NCBI GenBank assembly: GCA_951813565.1
Contig: OX638351.1
Span: 4,608,001-4,672,000 of the forward strand
Reading direction: 5' to 3'
Origin: an uncultured Poribacteria bacterium
Lineage (GTDB): Bacteria > Poribacteria > WGA-4E > WGA-3G
DNA: 64,000 bases
The notes under the pieces were generated by a model. The model was not told the DNA's origin and ran no database searches. It saw nothing but the letters and a program-made list of their open reading frames with translations. Position numbers and translations under genes: made by a program. Positions 60,623-64,000 of the stretch are shown here, one piece after another (the first letter of the stretch is position 1; each line of letters opens with the position of its first letter).

Positions 60623-62056
60623 TTGCTCTTCCATGAAATGATCCGTATTTTCAAAAACACATCCACGTTGTTTAGCGCACATTTTATTAGCCGCCTGGGT
60701 TCACTCGTAATGATCTGGCTAATGCATCGTTTTTTTTCGGAGAATGCGTTAGGCGGCTATTTTTTTGCAATCGCCTTGACAAACCTTATTGCGAGTCTGA
60801 CAGAACTCGGTATACATAATCCGTTGATTCGGGAGATGACACTAAACCTGTCTCAAACGCGTCATTATCTCGGTAATACTCTCCTCATTCGACTCGTCTT
60901 ATCAGTTGTAGCGTACGCGCTCATGATTATCAGCGGTGTATTTCTGGGATACGCCTCAATAATCGTCACAATGATAATCTATTTGGGGTTAGCAGAGATT
61001 GTTAATTCTATTGCTCAACTCTATAGATGTGTTTTCCGTGCACATGAGGAGATAAAATATGAGGCGTTGACGGTGGTTGCGGAACGCGGTGTGTTTTGTC
61101 TTGTAGGTGGGAGCGCAATTTTGCTCGGATATGAACTTGTGAACGTATGTCAGGTGATGTTAATAGCAAGTTGTATTAACCTGATTTTGAGTATCGGATT
61201 TACTCGATACCGCTTCACGCCGCTCCACTTTGAACCGAGTCGTCAATTTATAGTGGTGCTGATGCAGCAAGCGCTTCCATTTGCTATTGGCAATCTGTTC
61301 CACCTCATCTATTTTCGGATTGATGCGATTATGCTTTCAAAACTAAGTCCGGATGGTTTAGATGCAAATACATGGTATGGTTTAGCGTATACGATTGTCA
61401 ACGCCTTTACAACGTTACCTGGTGCATTTATGATGGGAGCATTGTTTCCAGTGCTATCTCGCGCGTATGAAAGGGAGCGGGACAGGTTACCTGGTGCATA
61501 CACATTCGGTGTGCGGTGGATGGTAATATGTGGCGTTCCATTAGCTGTTGGGCTTGCAACGCTTTCCCACCAAATTGCTGCCGTGTTATTCTCTGCCTAT
61601 ACGCCAGATGCTGTAGCGAAGATCGCAACAGCATTGCTTTGGTTAAGCGGCTCAGGCGGATTGATTTTCTTGACAACCGTTGCCTTGACAATGCTGCGTG
61701 CTGCGGATAAACGTCGCGCGTTTTCGGTTATTATGGGAACAACGGCACTTTTGAATATTGGTTTGAACCTTGTGCTAATTCCGCGTTTTAGCCATGTCGG
61801 TGCAGCGATTGCGATGGTTATTAGTGAGGTTTATCTGCTTGTCGTTGGATTTGGTTATATTTCAAAACGGATTGCTAAACTTACTGAAACGGGTTTTATT
61901 TTTAAAGCTGTTGTTCTTTCTGCTGTGATGGGAATAGGTTTAGCATTGCTAAAGGATATTCTATCCATTTGGATTCTGATTCCGTTGGCGATGGTATTTT
62001 ATAGTGGTGGGATTTTTGTTTTAGGGGAATTTCGGACGAAATTTGAGTTTGGTTAA
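60623..62056 (+). CDS. Polysaccharide flippase (Wzx/MATE-like)
   Basis: 12-14 TM segments, IYFRIDAIML, LNIGLNLVLIPRF..GAAIA. Confidence 0.85.
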   Translation: MLFHEMIRIFKNTSTLFSAHFISRLGSLVMIWLMHRFFSENALGGYFFAIALTNLIASLTELGIHNPLIREMTLNLSQTRHYLGNTLLIRLVLSVVAYALMIISGVFLGYASIIVTMIIYLGLAEIVNSIAQLYRCVFRAHEEIKYEALTVVAERGVFCLVGGSAILLGYELVNVCQVMLIASCINLILSIGFTRYRFTPLHFEPSRQFIVVLMQQALPFAIGNLFHLIYFRIDAIMLSKLSPDGLDANTWYGLAYTIVNAFTTLPGAFMMGALFPVLSRAYERERDRLPGAYTFGVRWMVICGVPLAVGLATLSHQIAAVLFSAYTPDAVAKIATALLWLSGSGGLIFLTTVALTMLRAADKRRAFSVIMGTTALLNIGLNLVLIPRFSHVGAAIAMVISEVYLLVVGFGYISKRIAKLTETGFIFKAVVLSAVMGIGLALLKDILSIWILIPLAMVFYSGGIFVLGEFRTKFEFG

Positions 62057-62156
62057 ATCCCGGGAATTTGCCATTCCACAGGAAAACACTTGATATATTC
62101 AGAAAAAGGTGCTAAAATAACTGTCAATTATACCGATTTAGACTAAGGAGCTTTTC

Positions 62157-62747
62157 ATGAGTGTAGCATACACATCTGCAATCGCTGAAGTCATAAAAAA
62201 ATTAGAAGCAGGCAATCCACTTCCACCGCTTGTTCCAGAGAAAGAGTGGAGCAGCGAACTTACAGATGAACTCGCAGCCTTGTCACTTGAAGACCTTTTC
62301 CAAGGACAATCACTGAAAGACGACATTTTCGGTGGTGCTATTAAAAGCGGTTTACTACTGTGGAACGATGCGTTGGACGATTCCCACGACGTATCACAAG
62401 AACTGGGGAACAACACTGGCAGTTATTGGCACGGTATCATGCATCGCCGTGAGCCGGATTATAGTAATGCCAAGTACTGGTTCGGTAGAGTCGGCACGCA
62501 CCCGATTTTTCCTGAACTTCGGGAACGTGCTATCGCCCTTTTTAAAGAAACATCAAATCCATCGAATGCACTTGCACAGATCGGACAAACAATTGAAGCG
62601 CAAGAGCATTGGGATGCATACCAGTTTATTGATTGGTGTCAGGCTGCAGAAAACGATCTGGATTCAGATGTTGCCCGATTCTTGCAACAGGTACAGGCAG
62701 AAGAGATCAAACTGTTACTTGCATATTCCTATCGGAACGCCATTTAA
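62157..62747 (+). CDS. Conserved hypothetical protein
   Basis: AAGGAG RBS; LDDSHDVSQ, YWHGIMHRREPDYSNAKYWF motif. Confidence 0.7.
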   Translation: MSVAYTSAIAEVIKKLEAGNPLPPLVPEKEWSSELTDELAALSLEDLFQGQSLKDDIFGGAIKSGLLLWNDALDDSHDVSQELGNNTGSYWHGIMHRREPDYSNAKYWFGRVGTHPIFPELRERAIALFKETSNPSNALAQIGQTIEAQEHWDAYQFIDWCQAAENDLDSDVARFLQQVQAEEIKLLLAYSYRNAI

Positions 62748-62789
62748 GATGAATTATTCGGTTATCGTAGAAATCTAAGGAGATAGAAG

Positions 62790-63788
62790 ATGTTATCACG
62801 TAATAAGATTACAGAGATGGGCGGTTGGTGTTACCTCCTTACTATCCTTACAAGCATATTACTATTAGTTTCTTGTGTGCCTACTACTCTTAATTCGACA
62901 GGTTCGGCACCAGTTCGAGTGAGCGATGGATACGCTGAGATTAAAGAAATTGAGGAAAAACTTTCAATAACCAGCGAACCGGTTACTGCGGAGATGTTAA
63001 TCGAGAAATCAAGGACTTTTATCAAAGCACACCCGAAATATAAACAGGTGGGTGAGGTCTACCATATCCTCGGAACTACTTTGGTTCAGTTTGATCGGAC
63101 TGAAGAAGGAATTGAGGTTTTAGAAGAGTTTATTAGGTACTACCCGCTTGCTACTTCCGTTGAACCGAGTTTGTTAACATTGGGATTGGCTTACGACAAA
63201 GCCAACATGCATGACAAAGCAGATGTAGTCTATGAAAAATTGGTAAATACGTCAAAGTACAGTAGCGGAGAGTCCGCCAAAACCGCACGGCAATTGTTGC
63301 AAATGGATAAATCTGAGAGAAAAGGTGCGCTTGAAGGATTACCTGATGGATCCGGCAGAACTAATTTTGTTGGTCAAGCGGCATTAGATTTTCAGGTAAC
63401 AGACCTGAATGGTGAACCGTTATCGTTAGAAAAATTTAAAGGGCAAGTTGTGCTTCTTGATTTCTGGGCAACGTGGTGTCCACCTTGCATCGCGGAGATG
63501 CCGAACGTGAAGCGAACCTATGAAAAGTATAAAAATCAGAATTTTCAGATTATCGGTATCAGTTTAGATAACGGGAAAGCACCACTTAAGGATTATATTG
63601 AAAAAGAAGGAATTATGTGGCCACAATATTACGACAACAGCAGCCAGATTTCCGATATGTACCAGGTCCAATCCATTCCGTCAACTTTTCTGATTGATGG
63701 TGACGGGATTATCCGTAAAACGAATCTCCGCGGAAATGCCCTTGAGGTTGCTGTTGGTCAACTTGTGCAGGAAAATATGGCGCAGTAG
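62790..63788 (+). CDS. TlpA-like redoxin lipoprotein with TPR region
   Basis: Lipobox LVSC, TPR helices, LDFWATWCPPC. Confidence 0.88.
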   Translation: MLSRNKITEMGGWCYLLTILTSILLLVSCVPTTLNSTGSAPVRVSDGYAEIKEIEEKLSITSEPVTAEMLIEKSRTFIKAHPKYKQVGEVYHILGTTLVQFDRTEEGIEVLEEFIRYYPLATSVEPSLLTLGLAYDKANMHDKADVVYEKLVNTSKYSSGESAKTARQLLQMDKSERKGALEGLPDGSGRTNFVGQAALDFQVTDLNGEPLSLEKFKGQVVLLDFWATWCPPCIAEMPNVKRTYEKYKNQNFQIIGISLDNGKAPLKDYIEKEGIMWPQYYDNSSQISDMYQVQSIPSTFLIDGDGIIRKTNLRGNALEVAVGQLVQENMAQ

Positions 63789-63870
63789 ACGACTGAATGG
63801 GGCTGACACAGTGCCCTGTCCTACAATCAAAAGAACGTTCATGGTTTTCACAAATCTGAGGAGGTATACA

Positions 63871-64000
63871 ATGTTTATCCGAAATCAAACAACACTAATT
63901 GAAAAAAAATACACAAGGTTCTCGGTTCGTAGTTTTAGCATCTTCGCAATTATTGTGCTACTCGGTTTTTGTGTTAACCTTGCCAGTGTTGATTCTGCGG
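63871..64000 (+). CDS. Partial exported protein (runs off window)
   Basis: GAGGAGG RBS, ATG 63871, open to the end, signal-peptide-like segment. Confidence 0.55.
   Translation, partial: MFIRNQTTLIEKKYTRFSVRSFSIFAIIVLLGFCVNLASVDSA

Noticed and set aside
1..64000. tRNA, rRNA, prophage, integron or retron
   Set aside because: No cloverleaf, rRNA-like stretch, phage gene, integrase or reverse transcriptase recognised by eye; tRNAscan/Infernal not run

Overview
Bacterial chromosomal window of moderate GC. Its gene content suggests Candidatus Poribacteria or a relative (three PhyH dioxygenases, two Uma2 endonucleases, a LamG protein ending in a 'KLATTWGQLK' motif, an AAA-like/PD-(D/E)XK protein); this is inference, no search was run. 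Housekeeping genes: xseA, a ymdB-like gene, pyrE, selD, thrS, iscS/nifS, uvrC, trmB, glnD, tsaB. selD has an in-frame UGA read as selenocysteine that the ORF track missed. Best candidate for an undescribed system: a compact, coupled herA-nurA-DNA methyltransferase operon (50135-54711) that looks like an ATP-driven restriction-modification-like defence module. A second candidate is the AAA-nuclease plus Zn/HNH/WYL gene pair (7488-9883). Intergenic DNA is rich in mobile sequence: an intact frameshifting IS630, a TnpB pseudogene, an ORF-less IS200/IS605-type element that looks like a promoter-driven structured RNA, an IS982 remnant, and many MITEs with several end types carrying shared GTAG-type palindromes. 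A ~30-bp 'AATCAACG + hairpin' unit repeatedly sits inside those palindromes, one palindrome lies in frame inside tsaB, and one MITE interrupts a member of a small membrane-protein paralog array. No tRNA, rRNA or CRISPR array was seen. Coordinates not taken from the ORF track were counted by hand.
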